A DNA stretch of 64,000 bases from Lama guanicoe (Eukaryota), in assembly GCA_013239625.1 (NCBI GenBank), contig MU057102.1, forward strand, positions 3,677,782 to 3,741,781, given 5' to 3'. How positions within the stretch are numbered: position 1 is the first letter of the stretch; each line of letters starts with the position of its first letter. The notes under the pieces were generated by a model. It worked only from the letters and a program-made list of their open reading frames with translations, was not told the origin of the DNA and ran no database searches. The position numbers and the translations under genes were made by a program. Positions 24,031-36,639 of the stretch are shown here, in pieces.

Positions 24031-27000
24031 CTGGAGGGCAGTCAGAGAGCTTGGTCGGGGGAGGGGACTGGCTAGGAGTTGCGGCCAAGGCAGGTGGGGG
24101 CACCAGGAGCCCAGGGGAGAGGCTGTCCCTGCCAAGTCCCCACCGAGGAGGCCACCCATATACACCCATCCTCCTCCCAGACCACAGACGGTGTTCACCC
24201 AGGGCACACTGCGTGTCATCGCACGGGAACCAGAATACCCAGGATGCCTGCCCCCCACGAGCGGCCAAGCGAGGGCATCCCCTCACTGCCTCTCTGCAGG
24301 CACCCAGTTCGCCTGTGTGCACATGCGTGTAACTGCAGTGGTGTGTGGTTAGTGTGGCACCGGCGGCCTGTGTCTGGTGGCCCACGTCTGTGCCTATGTG
24401 TGGGGGCTACCTCTGCCCAGGTCTGTCTGCCCAGATGAGAGCCTCCCTGCTGCCAGCCAGGCCACACCAGGTGGAGGAGAGTGACCCGAAAGCCCTGGGG
24501 TCAGGGGCCAAGCAGCCAGGCACACTGGCCCTAGGTGACCACTGTCTCCCATGGGAGAAGCCCAAGGCCTGGGCTGAGGCCATGGTGCCCTTCACCAGCA
24601 GGAGGAAACCCAGCCCCACTTGCCAGCCCATTTCCAGCCTCATTTTTTCTGGGGTCAAGTGCAGGGACAGTGGGGATGACCAGGCCTGGAGGGCAGCAGG
24701 TGGCTGGCTGGTTGGGAAGGACACTATAGGCCTCAGAAAGGAGTGGAACTATCTTCTGGCTGACCCTCAGCCCCGCCCGCCCGTGGCTCTGAGCCTGGAC
24801 TGGTCTGCAGTTCCTGGACCATAGGATGACCATGAGTGGTGCCGGGTTCTCACGAGGTCACCCCACCTACTATCCCTCAGATCAGGAGAGGCAGCCACGG
24901 GGGCCTGGCTCCTGGGACCCCACCCACAGCCGCCGAAAGAGACATCAACCCCTCACTGCAGCCACCCGTCTCGAGGGTCTGCAAACCGCGTCCTGGCCAC
25001 AAGGAGGGCCGAGGCGGTGGCTGCTCCGGGATGCTGTCGCTGCGGGGCCCGAGGGCAGCATGTGTTTTTAATAACCAGCTGGTGTTTCTTCAACACACTG
25101 TTGCCAGCTGGGTCTGCTGCCGCTTTGCAACCAGGGCCCAAAGTGCTCCTGTGGGTTCCCCAGAGATGGGGGGCGGCTTTCTGTTCTCACCACGCAGCTC
25201 TCAGAGCACAAGCCCTCACGACCTCTGTCTGGGGCACTAGGGCAGGCTGGGGGACATCCCCCTTCGGACGGAGGGAGCTGCCAGCCTAGGGCTCAGCTTC
25301 TCCGGGGCCCCAGATGGGGACGCGTGCCGAGTCTCTGATCCCAGGGGACGGGGCTGTGAGACACAGGGACATGGGGCACCATCCCTCTGAGACCTCCCCT
25401 CCACACCCTGCCTTTACTTGGGCAGCGCCAGCCCGGCCACACAGCCCCTAGGCAGGCACCCTGGGCTCTGCTCTCCCAGCCAGCCCCCCGTCACCAGCCT
25501 TGCTGGCTCCCCTGGAAGGGCTGAGAGCTGCTTCTCACTGGTAACTCGTTTACCTGCAGGGCTCCCCCAGGCGCCCACCCAGCTCACCAGAGGGAGGGGC
25601 CACGGGGCCTCCTGAGGCCCCCCGAGTCTTGGTCTCATTCCCGGGCAGACCCTGTCCGCCACCTGTCACCGCCTGCAATCCCACCATTCACGGGGCCTCC
25701 CAAGCTGCAGGACAAAGAGGGCTCCCCTACCCCCAGCCCGCCCCGGGCCCTGGGCCTCTCAGGCTGACACCTGGGCGCAAGGCTCACACACGGACAAGCA
25801 CAAGCACACAGACACACGCAACAGCCTGGAAGGCACGTAGGGAGGACAGTGCCTGCACAAGGGACAACATCCCTCCCTGCTGGGCTCTGCTTGTCCCCAC
25901 TGCATCCTGGGGACACCGTGGAGGGCTGGTCCGACACCCTCATCCCCTGAAGGAGCCTGCCTCAGTTTCTCAGTGGAGAAAAGCCCAGCCTGACCATGGG
26001 GGGGGTCACCTCCAGCCCCTCACCCTCTTGCCCTCCTCGCCCCCAGACAGGAGAACCTGAGGAGTAGGGGGCACCTACTGGGTGGCAGGGATGCCACCCT
26101 TGGTCACTGTGAAGGAGGGACAGGGCCGGCCTGCAGGCAGCCAGGGGGTCAGGCAGCAGCCCAGCCGGAGGCCCCCAGCTGGAGCCAGCCTCACCCTGAA
26201 GCACACGGCCCCTGCCCCGCTGCAGCCTGCCCGATACCAGGCCAGGCCCCAGCCCCAACCCCTGCCTCTGCAGAGACCCCAGCAGGCTCACCAGCAGGAG
26301 GCCTGGCCCCTCAGATTCCTGGGAATTTCAGCCGCCAGCACGGCTGCCACAGCTCTATATTTAGCCTGGGAAACACAAGCCCTGCTATTCCACCTGGACA
26401 GGGCATCCAAGCCACTCAGCCAGGGGGAAACTGAGGCCAGAGTGAGGGCATGGGGGAGGAGCAGCCAGCTTCCCGGGCAGGGCCCTCCACACCCAACCTC
26501 AGCCCCCTCCCTGTGAGCGCCTCCTCCAGGAAGCCCCAGCCCAGTGCTCACCCTGAGCCACAGGCTACATACAGGGATGGCACCTGGAGAGTGTTGCGAG
26601 GCAAACGCAGACTGGGGGTGGGCAGTGGCATCTCACCACCACAAGGTGGGGGCTGAGCATCAAGGTAACGGGCAGGGAAGGTGCTGCCCTCTCCTTTCCC
26701 ATCTCCTTCCTCCCCTCCACCCCTCACTGTGAAAACATGGTCAGGAATGGAGGTGCTGGGAGGGGCCAGGGCCTAGCAACAAGGTGGGGGGTGGGGGGCA
26801 CACATCCAGCAGATGTGGCTGGGCTTCCCAGCTGCCACCCAGAGCTGGCGTCATACCCTGACGCTGTCGTGCAGTCCCCCGGATACACACACCTCAACCG
26901 TGGGTGCACACAGACCCACTTCCCGCCCAGGACGCATCCCGCCTCTGAGCCGCCAGGACCCCCACAGCCCCTGCTGGGCCTGCCCTGGCAGAAGCACCAT

Positions 27001-30000
27001 TCTCCCAGGTTCAGTAAAACAAGACCCTGTGGGAACTCCAGCTGACGCCCCTCCTGCCCCAGTGGGCCCAGGGAGGGCAGAGGAGAAGAGGGCTGGAGGG
27101 CCGCATGCGAGGCGGGAAGAAGAGACCCCCAGCTGTAGCTCACTTTCTGCCCCTGCCCGTGCCCATCCCCACACAGCCTTCACAGGCCCTTGGGGGCCAC
27201 CCCAGGCTCAGCACCCCACACCTTACTGACCCACGGCCCCTGCCCTGCCTTGGGCACCGTCCTCCGCCCCCCTCTCCTCTCCCAGAGGCAGGGCCCCGGC
27301 CATTCCATCTGCATCCGTGTTCCCTGCCGTGTTCACATCTGCCAGGGGCCTGGCCGCGGTGCAGGCATCCCAGGTGTCAGCCTCTACCTCTCCCCACTGC
27401 CCAGGGCGTTCAGTGGGCCCTGGCCTGCTGACCCCAAGCTCCCTTTAAGAGGAGCTGGATGAGACACCACCCGCCCCCTGGGCCCATGTGCCAGAGACCA
27501 GCAGAGGCACCTGTGGTCTCAGGCCTCATCCCTGGAAGCCACAGACACAGGTGGGAGTGAGGGTGCAAGAACCACCAGGCCAGTTCATCGGGGCTGCTCT
27601 GTCCCCAGGGAGCCTGCAAAACCCCAGACATTACTCCGGGGGGGTTGGTGGGCATTAGGTTAACCATGTTGGGACTGGCTCTAGGGTGAGAGCACCGGGC
27701 CAGGGGCCACCGTCCTGCGGGGTGGAGGGGCTGAGTGAGTAGCATGGGGAGGGGCTCAAAGGGCACCCGCCAGGCCTGGGCTAGGGAGCTGAGCTGGGAG
27801 GGGAAGGTGGGTGCTCTCTTTGGGGTGAAAGGGCCGGGCACAGGGGGTGAGCTGGGAAGGCCCAGATGCCGTGGCCTGGGGCCAGCACCCTCCAGGAAGG
27901 CAAGGTCTGGGAGGAGGGCAGGAATGCCCCCAGAGGGGCACAGGTGAGGACCATCACAGGGCTGCCATGGGGCGGAGGATGCAGACTGGCCCAGCGCTGA
28001 GCCCCGGGCACACACACTACACACACGTGCATGTGCATAACACCAGCTCCGAGGCCAGCCGGCCCAGGGCGGCCCCTGGGGGCTGGACCCACAGGACCTG
28101 CGGTGGAACTGGTAGGACCCGCAGGACAGGTGGTTGCTCCAGAAACCAGGACATTCTGGGCGTGACAGAGGGACAGCCCGACCCACCAAGCAAGCTGACT
28201 GGCGCGTCCCCTCCACCCGCTGCCTGGCCTGAGCACCAGGTGAGCAGGCAGGTGGGGGGCCTCCAGGTCTGTTCTCTTCCCAGGAAACCCCACACGGACC
28301 TTCAGTGGACCCCCAGTTCAGGGCTCCTCCTCACCATCCCAGGGCCCAAGCAGGGGTGCCGCTCCCCTAGCGGCCCCACGTGAACTCCCAACAGGGGACA
28401 GTGACTGGGCAGCACCCAGACCCACTACCACAGACCCATCCAGGGGCCTAGCTGAACACCACGCCACCCCTATTCCACGTTCAGGTCTCACTAGGTCCAC
28501 CAGGCTCAACGCTGACCCTCCCCACGCCTGCCACCCACCCCCGACCCCACAAACATCACTTGCAGAACTGGGGTCCCTGCAGGACTCCCCAGAGAGGCCG
28601 AGCCCTGCTCCTAGCTGCCAAAGAACCGAGAAAGCCCTCGTCCACATGCCAGCGCTAGGCCCGGAGGACGTGGAACTCGTCACGGGGCCCAGACCACCCA
28701 AGGGCCCCACCCTGAGGGCCCTGATCCAGGTACCAGAGTCGCCTCAAAAGTGAGAGGGGGATGCCCCTGAGCCTGGAACCCATGGACGTTTCAGCAGAAC
28801 ATGCAGACCACCCAACACAGCCAGCAGCCCAGCCACCAGGAACCTCCAGGCCAGAGAGCCCCCCCCACACCTGCTCTCCCTGCTCCACCAGGGCCTCCGA
28901 CCCTGGGCCCCAGGGCTTCTCGAGGACAGGCCTGAGGGCATGAGGCCCGAGCCAGCCAACTGGCCCAGACTGGCCTCCCCAGCCCTCCAGGGGCACACGC
29001 TGTGCTGTGCTGAGCTCCAGGGCCAGCCCCACAGTCCTCCCCAGAGCCCGACAGGCTGCTGCAGGAGGGCAGAGGGCAGCCCGGAAGCCGCCGGCGGTGG
29101 CCTCAGGAGAGGAGTGCGCTCGCAGGCCCTGGCTTTTCTGGGGCAGAGTCAAGGGAGCCAGTGGGGTCCCTCCTCCTGCCTGCTGCCCCAGGCCCCGCTG
29201 TCCACTCCTCAGCCACTCAGACAGCACACAGCTTGTGTAAATCTCTCACGAAATAAACTCCCCAGCAGGAAGAAAAGCAATCGTATTTCCTGCCAAGATG
29301 GGAAGCCCGGGGTTCCAGCCGCCCGGGGGCCGGAGCGGATCCAGCACTTCAGGGGTAGCTGCTGGAAGCCCCCACCCTGGGCTGGTTCTCCCCAGAGCGG
29401 GGCCCGTCTATGTGGGGTGCGGTGTGTGCAGCCCTCCCCCGACGTCCGCCAGCCTCCAGGCCCTGCCCCCAGCCACTTGGTGAGGGCCCAGGGTGTGGAT
29501 GGAGGCCCCAGCACTCCTCACTGGAGGAGGCAGGCTGGCCGCAATGCTCAGGTAGAAAAGCCCCCAGCCCCTCCTCCCTGCACCCCTCACCCACCAGCCT
29601 CTGGGCCCAGCCCTAGCCCTTCCCCACTCAAGGGCCCACCTCAGCTACACCCGTGTCCCCTACGTGTCCACCCTGGCCAAGGTGAGCTGCCCACAACATC
29701 CCCCCAGCTGAAGGTCTTTCCTCCCTTGACCAGCACCCACCTCTCCTTCCAGGCCCATCCTGGCCTCATGAGCCCATGTCTCTCCCCTACCTTCCTCCAG
29801 ACATCCCGGACCATGGACGCTGCGCTGCAGCCCCACCTGAGGGAGCCCAGGACAGCAGCTCCAACTCTCCTTGGGACCCAAGAGGAGCCAGGGGCACCCA
29901 ACGTCCACCACTCAGAAGAGCAGGTGATGGGCAGGTAGGGTGGCAGCCCTGGATGGGGCGTCTATGGAGTCTGGGGACAGAGGCCCAGGCACGCTTCCCT

Positions 30001-32792
30001 TCCACATGCTGATCTTGCTCACAGAGCTGCCACCTGGACATACCTGGACTGCAGACACCAGATGAGGAACAAGGAGGCCAATGTCGAAGGACACATGGCC
30101 AGGGGGTGGCCAGGAGCCAGGATTTGGCCTGTGGGGCCATACCCCGCCTCCCCCAGCACCGTCAGCAGTGCTTGAGCTGGGCCGGCAATGCTGGGGCTGA
30201 GGCCACTGCTGGGGAAAACCCACATCTCCGGGTTGGGGCTGTGGTGCTGGCAGGAGCTGGAGGCCCATGATCCCCGCACAATGGAGAAGGAGCCTGCGGT
30301 CATGTTTCCAGGCTCAGCCAAAGGCAACTTTGTTCACGGCTCCCTCCTCCCCCCAGAGGGGACAGTGATTTATTTTCCCTTCCAGGAGTGGGGCCCAAGA
30401 CAAGACGTAAATGGGGCTGCTGGCCCAAATCCTCACCTCACAGAGCCCGGGCCAGGCTCCCACATGTCCACCTCGGCCCTGGCCACACAATGGCTGTTGC
30501 TGCTGGAGGGCCTAGATGGGAGGGGGTCCCCTGCAGCCTGGCCAGAGGCTGAGGTCAGCCAGCGTACAGGCACAGCACCATAGCCATCCTGCCTGCCACG
30601 CGCCTCCCCGCTGAATCACACACACCGCAGACCCTTCACAACACAGAGGCAGGTGGGCCCTGAGGCTGTGCCATCCTGCTGGAGGCAAGGCGCCTAGGAC
30701 ACCCCGGCCGGGCCCAGGGGACCAGGGAGGGGCCTTCAGGGCTGGCGGCTCAGAGACCATCCTCAGAAAAGTTCAAACGTGGAACTTCTCAGAAGACCCT
30801 GAAACAATGTCTTCCAAAGTTATTTGTAAAAGGTATGTCGTTCTGAACCTCTCATGTTCCCACTGTGAGAAATAAAACGGAAACGAAGAAAGCCGAATTC
30901 TATCTTTTTCCAAATTTGAAAAAAAAAAAAGTTTAAGACAAACTCACCAAGATTGTGAAACTTTGGGAAAAGGGGAACTTTAAAAATATGATTTGCGTCT
31001 AGAAATGTGTCGATTCTAGAAACTGTGACACCATGGGGAAAACGGCTTTCGAAAAACCACCGAACGAACTCTCTCTGCGCTGCTTCACCAGCCTGAAGGT
31101 CCACACTCAGCCTGAACACCCGCCAAGGAGGGGGGCGTCTGAAACAGCTCCACCTTCAAGTCCAGGCCTGGAGGAGAAGCCAGCACAATTCAGGAACAGC
31201 ACACCCCCCAAAGCCACAGAGGCCCTTGCCCTTGGAAAGCATTTAAGCTCCCACCTCCTTACTGCTGCCGGGGCCCTCACCATGCAGCCCCAAGGCCTCA
31301 GCCAAGGGGCACAGAGCAGGGTTTGGCCCCTCCGAGGACCCTCGGCACCGAGGCAGGCCCAACTGTCCACTGCCATCCACTGCTCCATCTCAGGCTTCAG
31401 CCAATGACCAGGCCAGAACAGTGGCTTCCAGAGCCTCCCTGGCCAAGTGGCCAGAGGACAGGCAGGTGCGGGGATTGGGAAGTCCAAGCAGATAAAACAG
31501 GAATCAGAGTCCAGGCCGCCGGCTGCCAGTCACCGGCCACCGGGTGGGGGCCTTACTGGGCATGACCTGAGTGTCCGCAGTGCCCTGGACGCTGCCCGTT
31601 GCAGCCATGCCTGGGCAGCCCCCACCCTCAAGTCAGCCAGCCAGTCCCCGGCGGGGCTGGCGGGGAGGTACTGTGGCATGAGGCCCACCTGGGCCACCGC
31701 CCGCCACCCCACACCCGAACATGGCCATATAAGGCCAGGTTGGGTTCAGTGCGCCCGCTGGGCGGCGGGGGAGGGGTGCGAAACCTCTAAGGACTGGTGG
31801 ACAGGGCAGGGACGATCCTGAGTGGTCAACACACCCAAAGGGCCGGCCCGGCCACAGGGCCCGCCTAGCTGAGGGAGGCCAGCACTGAACATGGCGGTGG
31901 GAGTCTGCGGACACGCATCACCCATCACCCACCAGCTGAGGATGCCCCTTGCTGGGGCTGGGTGCAGGGGCAGGGGTCCCTCCAGAGGCATCCGAGCCTG
32001 CCCACTTGCACAGCAGGTGTGTGAGCCCATGTCCAGGCCCTGGTATGGCACACGCCGGGAGACAGTGTCTAGGCTGAAGTAGGTGGTCTCAGGGTCTGCC
32101 TTAAGACAGGCTCCCCACCTGACACTGCAGTGACCCCTCGTGCTGGGTACTCAGCTCCCCAGCCCTCACCCTGTGCCTTCCTAGATTGGGGCATTCTTAG
32201 GGCACAGAGATGGTTTGTGAGTCTCAGACAAGAATATTCCCACTGTCCTCACCCCCAACCCTGGTCACCATGGGGGTCTCTGCAGGTTACCAGAGGCCTA
32301 ATTTGGCCCACTGGGGGCTAAACAGCTCATCCCCCAAGAGCTGAAGGTCAGCAGCTGCCCTCAGCTGTAGGCATGTGTGTGTGGCCATGTGAGTCCTGAG
32401 GAGAACTGGGGCCAGAGCCCACCCTGCCAGCAAGCATGGGGCCCCATACATGAGCTTGCGGGTTCCCTGAAGGTGAGTGGGAACCCTGTGGGTGAGCTGG
32501 GGACACCCCATAGATGAGGAGAGCCCACGGGTGAGCTGGGGTGCCCAGTGTGTGAGCTGTGGGTGAGACGGGCCCACGGGTGAGGGGGGCCCACAAGTGA
32601 GCTGGGCTGCCTTAAGGGTGAGGGGGGCTCGGCCAGTGAGGAGCCAAACTGCGAGGGGCCGAATAGCCCGGGGCCGGCAGGGGCGGGGCACAAGTACGCG
32701 CGCCAGGCGGGCACTGTGGCAGGGTTCAGGGCCGGAGGGAAAGGGGCGGCGCTGGCAGAGGCCGGGGCGCCGGGCTGGGCGCCAGGACTCAC

Positions 32793-32874
32793 CTCGGGCG
32801 GCGGCGGCCGGCGGGAGGGCCCCCAGTAGCAGCGGCAGCGGCAGCAGCAGCAGCAACGCGGGGCTCGGCGTCAT
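32793..32874 (-). CDS. FGFRL1: FGFRL1 coding exon 1 (signal peptide MTPSPALLLLLPLPLLLGALPPAAAAR-G)
   Basis: ATG at 32874 in gccgagATG. Upstream acceptor cccccag|gtccgcacag at 32890. Donor G|GTGAGT. 82 nt, phase 1. The six coding exons sum to 1515 nt = 504 aa + stop. Confidence 0.96.
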
Positions 32875-33406
32875 CTCGGCCTGTGCGGACCTGGGGGTAT
32901 TCAGAGGCCGGTCTCTGGCGTGGGGGTGGGGGTCTCCATGCACCTCACACCCCGGCCTAGGGCCCGGGAGCCGCTAGCACTCCAGCCCTGGGCCGCGGGG
33001 ATAGGGATGCGGGCCGCCCCGCCTTCCCTCGGGCGCTCCGGGCAGAGGAAGCAGCGGCGGGGGAACCGTGGGTATCAAAGGCAGACAAAGGGTTTACACT
33101 AATTACCGGCCTCCCTCGCCCCCCCTCCAAACACCGTCTGGATTCCTGGCGCTTGTAACTCTGGCCCTGCCCGCGGGACACACAACACCGGCGGCCCCGA
33201 AGATAATCGCCTGCGCCATTAGCGGACAAATTTGCGCTGGGGGGGGCACGTGGGGTGCAGGGGCGGGGGCGGGGCGCAGGCAGGACCGCGGGCCCGGCGG
33301 GAGCTGCGGCGCGTGCCGGTGCGGTCCCCGACCGCGGAGCAGGGACCTGGGCGCTCCCGGCCCCCGCCTCCGCCCCTGGCCCCGGCACCGGCCCCGGCCC
33401 CCGTTC

Positions 33407-33678
33407 NNNNNNNNNNNNNNNNNNNNNNNNNNNNNNNNNNNNNNNNNNNNNNNNNNNNNNNNNNNNNNNNNNNNNNNNNNNNNNNNNNNNNNNNNNNNNN
33501 NNNNNNNNNNNNNNNNNNNNNNNNNNNNNNNNNNNNNNNNNNNNNNNNNNNNNNNNNNNNNNNNNNNNNNNNNNNNNNNNNNNNNNNNNNNNNNNNNNNN
33601 NNNNNNNNNNNNNNNNNNNNNNNNNNNNNNNNNNNNNNNNNNNNNNNNNNNNNNNNNNNNNNNNNNNNNNNNNNNNNN
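33407..33678. other. Assembly gap (272 N)
   Basis: Run of n characters inside the extreme-GC promoter. Confidence 1.
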
Positions 33679-34427
33679 CCCGCCAATCCGTGCGCCGCGG
33701 CTGCCGAGCCCCGCCCTAAACCCCGCCCATATCCCCGCCCATATCCCCGCCCCGCGCCCAAACTTTCCACCAATCCACGCGCGCGCCTGCCCCTCCCGCC
33801 TGGCTCCTGGCCTTAACCCTCGCTGTGCGGGCGGCCAGCGGGCGGGGCGGCTCCCCACGGCGAGGCCCCGCCCCCGCACCGCCCCTGTCGGCCCCTGGCC
33901 CAGCCACGCCCCAACAGGGCCCGCCACGCCACGGCCCTGGCCCGCCTCTGGCCCCGCCTAACACACCTCGCCTGTCTGGCCACGCCCCCAGGCCATCCGC
34001 CCCGCCCCGGCCCAGCCCCGCCTCGCGCACCTCCACGTCCTGCGGTGTCCACCTCACACCTGTACCCATTAGCGCCCGTGTCAGAGCCCCCAACCTCAGG
34101 CCACCAACATTCTCCGCACCTCCAGACCTGGCCCTGATTGAGCCCACGGTCATCTATCCTCTAGCCAGCCTCGATCCCAACTGGGCGGTCAGGGTCTGGA
34201 GGTCTGAGCCCCAGGGAGTCGTTGGGAGCAGAGAGGAGATCCAAGACTCCGCTCCGGCCCCAAGCCATTCCAGGGAGGGGTCAGGTCTTGGGTGACGTGG
34301 GGCACAGAGGTCCTGCCCTGGCGCCCGGCTTACCTGTTCCCCTTGACGGGGGTGGGGGGGAGGTATGTTCCCACCTCCCCCCTAGCGGCTTCCCGCCTCT
34401 CACCCACTAGTGATAGGAACACAAGGA

Positions 34428-34625
34428 CATTAATAATCATTATAAATAGAGAACACCACACACAGTGCCGCCTTTAACCCTCACAGCCAGGCAAGTGTCT
34501 TGCTGTCACCTGTGCAGAGAAGAAATGTAGGCACAGAGAAAGTTGGCAACTTACCCAAGATTTCCCAGCCAGCACTTGGCACGTCTAGGACTGGAACCAC
34601 GCGCTGTGGAGTCCAGCTCCACTGT
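34428..34625. mobile_element. MIR SINE remnant
   Basis: taataatc...tttaaccctcacag...gcagagaagaaatgtaggcacagagaaagttggcaacttacccaag...aggactggaacc resembles the MIR core. Confidence 0.65.
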
Positions 34626-36639
34626 GGACCCTTCTCTACACTGCCCCACTGCCCTCCCTTTCCTGATCAGTCACGTGCACCCACTGGCTCTCCTGCCTCC
34701 CCAGCTGCCATCCCTCAGGGTCTCTCTGACCATCGCCCATCCTCTCTGGCCTAAATGAGTGGTCCAGGTACTCCCTTGCTCTCCCTGCACTGTCACTTCA
34801 CTGGAATGGAGAATTGCCATTTTAAAACACAATCCTGACCCTTCTGGCTCCCCACTGCCCTCAATACAAACCCCATGGTCTTCTGCACACCTGGGTCCTG
34901 CCCTTGTCCCACTCCCTACCTCAACTCTGGCCCATTCCAGCCCCCACCCCACTTGCACCCTGCAGCACACAGTATCCCCCATCCGCTCTGGGCTCTGCCC
35001 AAGCTATTCCCTTGGGAACTGTGCCTGGAAGAGCCTCTGTCCTCTCAGGAGTTCCCTCTTCCAGGGAAAACTGAAACCGGTGAGGTGTTGCAGGTACAGG
35101 TCCCCAGGCAGAGGAGAGCTGGGCTAGGGAGAGCCAGCCATCAGGGTGTAGGGCCCATCGAAGCCCCGGCTGCTTACCCTTCCCAAGCCAGTGAGAAGGC
35201 ATGTTTCCAAACCCTGCTCTGGGCCGGTGTGGGCACCTCGTGGGTGGATGGTGGTGGGCCCATCTCTGTCCTGCCTACGTCTGAGTGATGGCCCAGAGGC
35301 AGACCTGAGCAGCCTCCTGTGCTTGGAGTCAGACTCCGCGGGCAAGGAAGCCAGGAGAGCCGGTTCCTGAGCCCACCTGCGGCTGGTGCAGCCAGCGCTG
35401 GGGGTCACAGACACGCGCTTCAGGACAGAATGAGTAGAGAGGTCCAGGGCTAGTACGAAGGCTGCCTGGGACTTTGCAGGCAGGTTTGTGGGAGAAACCA
35501 CCATAGCGTGAAGAGCTCGGACAGGTGAGTTAGGCTGCCAGTGGCAGGTGTGTGAAAAGCTGGCTCTGAAGCAAGGAGGGGTGGGGGTGGGAGTCAGAAG
35601 CAGGAAGCGAGCCAGAGCGAGGCAGTCCAGTGCCCGGGTGGGGGATACGGTGAACGGTGGGGAGGGGCCATGGCCAGGTGAGCGGCCCCAGGTGGCAGTG
35701 GCAGTCCAGGCAGGTGGGCGAGGGGGCATGGCCCACACCTTAGGTGTGTGAGCAGGAAAGGATGCGTCCTGGTTGGGGCCCACCTCCCTATGTGGGGACG
35801 CGCTGCCCCCTGGCGGAGGTGCGGGGCATGGCGGTCCCTGAGGGCGGCCGGCTCTCCTCCCAGAGCCTTGCCAGCCTCCCACACCTCCAAGGCTGCTTCC
35901 TCCATGAAGCTCTCCAACCAGCAGGCTCCCCTTCCCCTTCATGACAATGGGCCAGTATTTGAATAGGAACTGGTTCAAATACTGCCCTTTTAAAACTGAG
36001 ACTTGGGCAATTAGCTGATCTCCTGGTCTCGGTCCCCATCTGCAACCTGATCTCACAGAACCCCTGCGGGGATTCCAGAGTCTCTGTCTCCCACCTCGGG
36101 CACAGTGAGCCCGAGAAGAGGTATTCATTTGCCCTCCACGTGGTCATCGTTCAACCATGACACGCTGACCCTGGCTCTGTGCCAGGCTCTTCAAGAGGCT
36201 GGACCTGTGAGGGTCCACAAGGAAGGCATGTCCCCATCCCTCACAAAGAGGGCATCTTGGTGGCAGATGTGGGGACTGAGAGGAACATGTCTGACGATGA
36301 AAAGTGCTGGCAGGGAACTGAAGCTCCAGCTCCAGATGAAGTGGCAGGCACCAGTTTACATGTTCTCCACACGTATAAAAAAAAGTCAGAGATAAACTAC
36401 GTGAAAAACAGCACCCAAGAGTGGACATCATGTAACAAGAGACAGTGGTCCTTGTGGGACAGGAAACAAATGAAGGGGGCCTTATGGTTGTCTCCACTCC
36501 CTGCCTTCCAGGGTGCAGTGCCGGGAGTGGGGACCCAGGCAGAGTCCAGAGGGAGGGGGAGTCCTGGCAGGGGAAGGTAGCCAGGGTTCATAGGGCAGAG
36601 TCCTGGAGAGGAAGGAGCTGTGTGGAGAAGGAGCCCCAG

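Larger units (their letters stand above)
32640..34090 (-). promoter_or_regulatory. FGFRL1: FGFRL1 CpG island / TATA-less promoter with GC boxes and CCAAT motifs
   Basis: Very high CpG density, many CCCCGCCC boxes at 33700-34020, CCAAT at about 33684 and 33770. The non-coding first exon probably lies in or next to the N gap. Confidence 0.8.

Noticed and set aside
28940-29938. 332-aa ORF antisense in the FGFRL1 intron, and similar 250-330 aa ORFs (15593-16564, 35124-36128, 44318-45172)
   Set aside because: Low-complexity P/G/A/R composition expected from high GC; no homology.
33068-34153. ORFs spanning the N gap
   Set aside because: Artefacts of translating through Ns.
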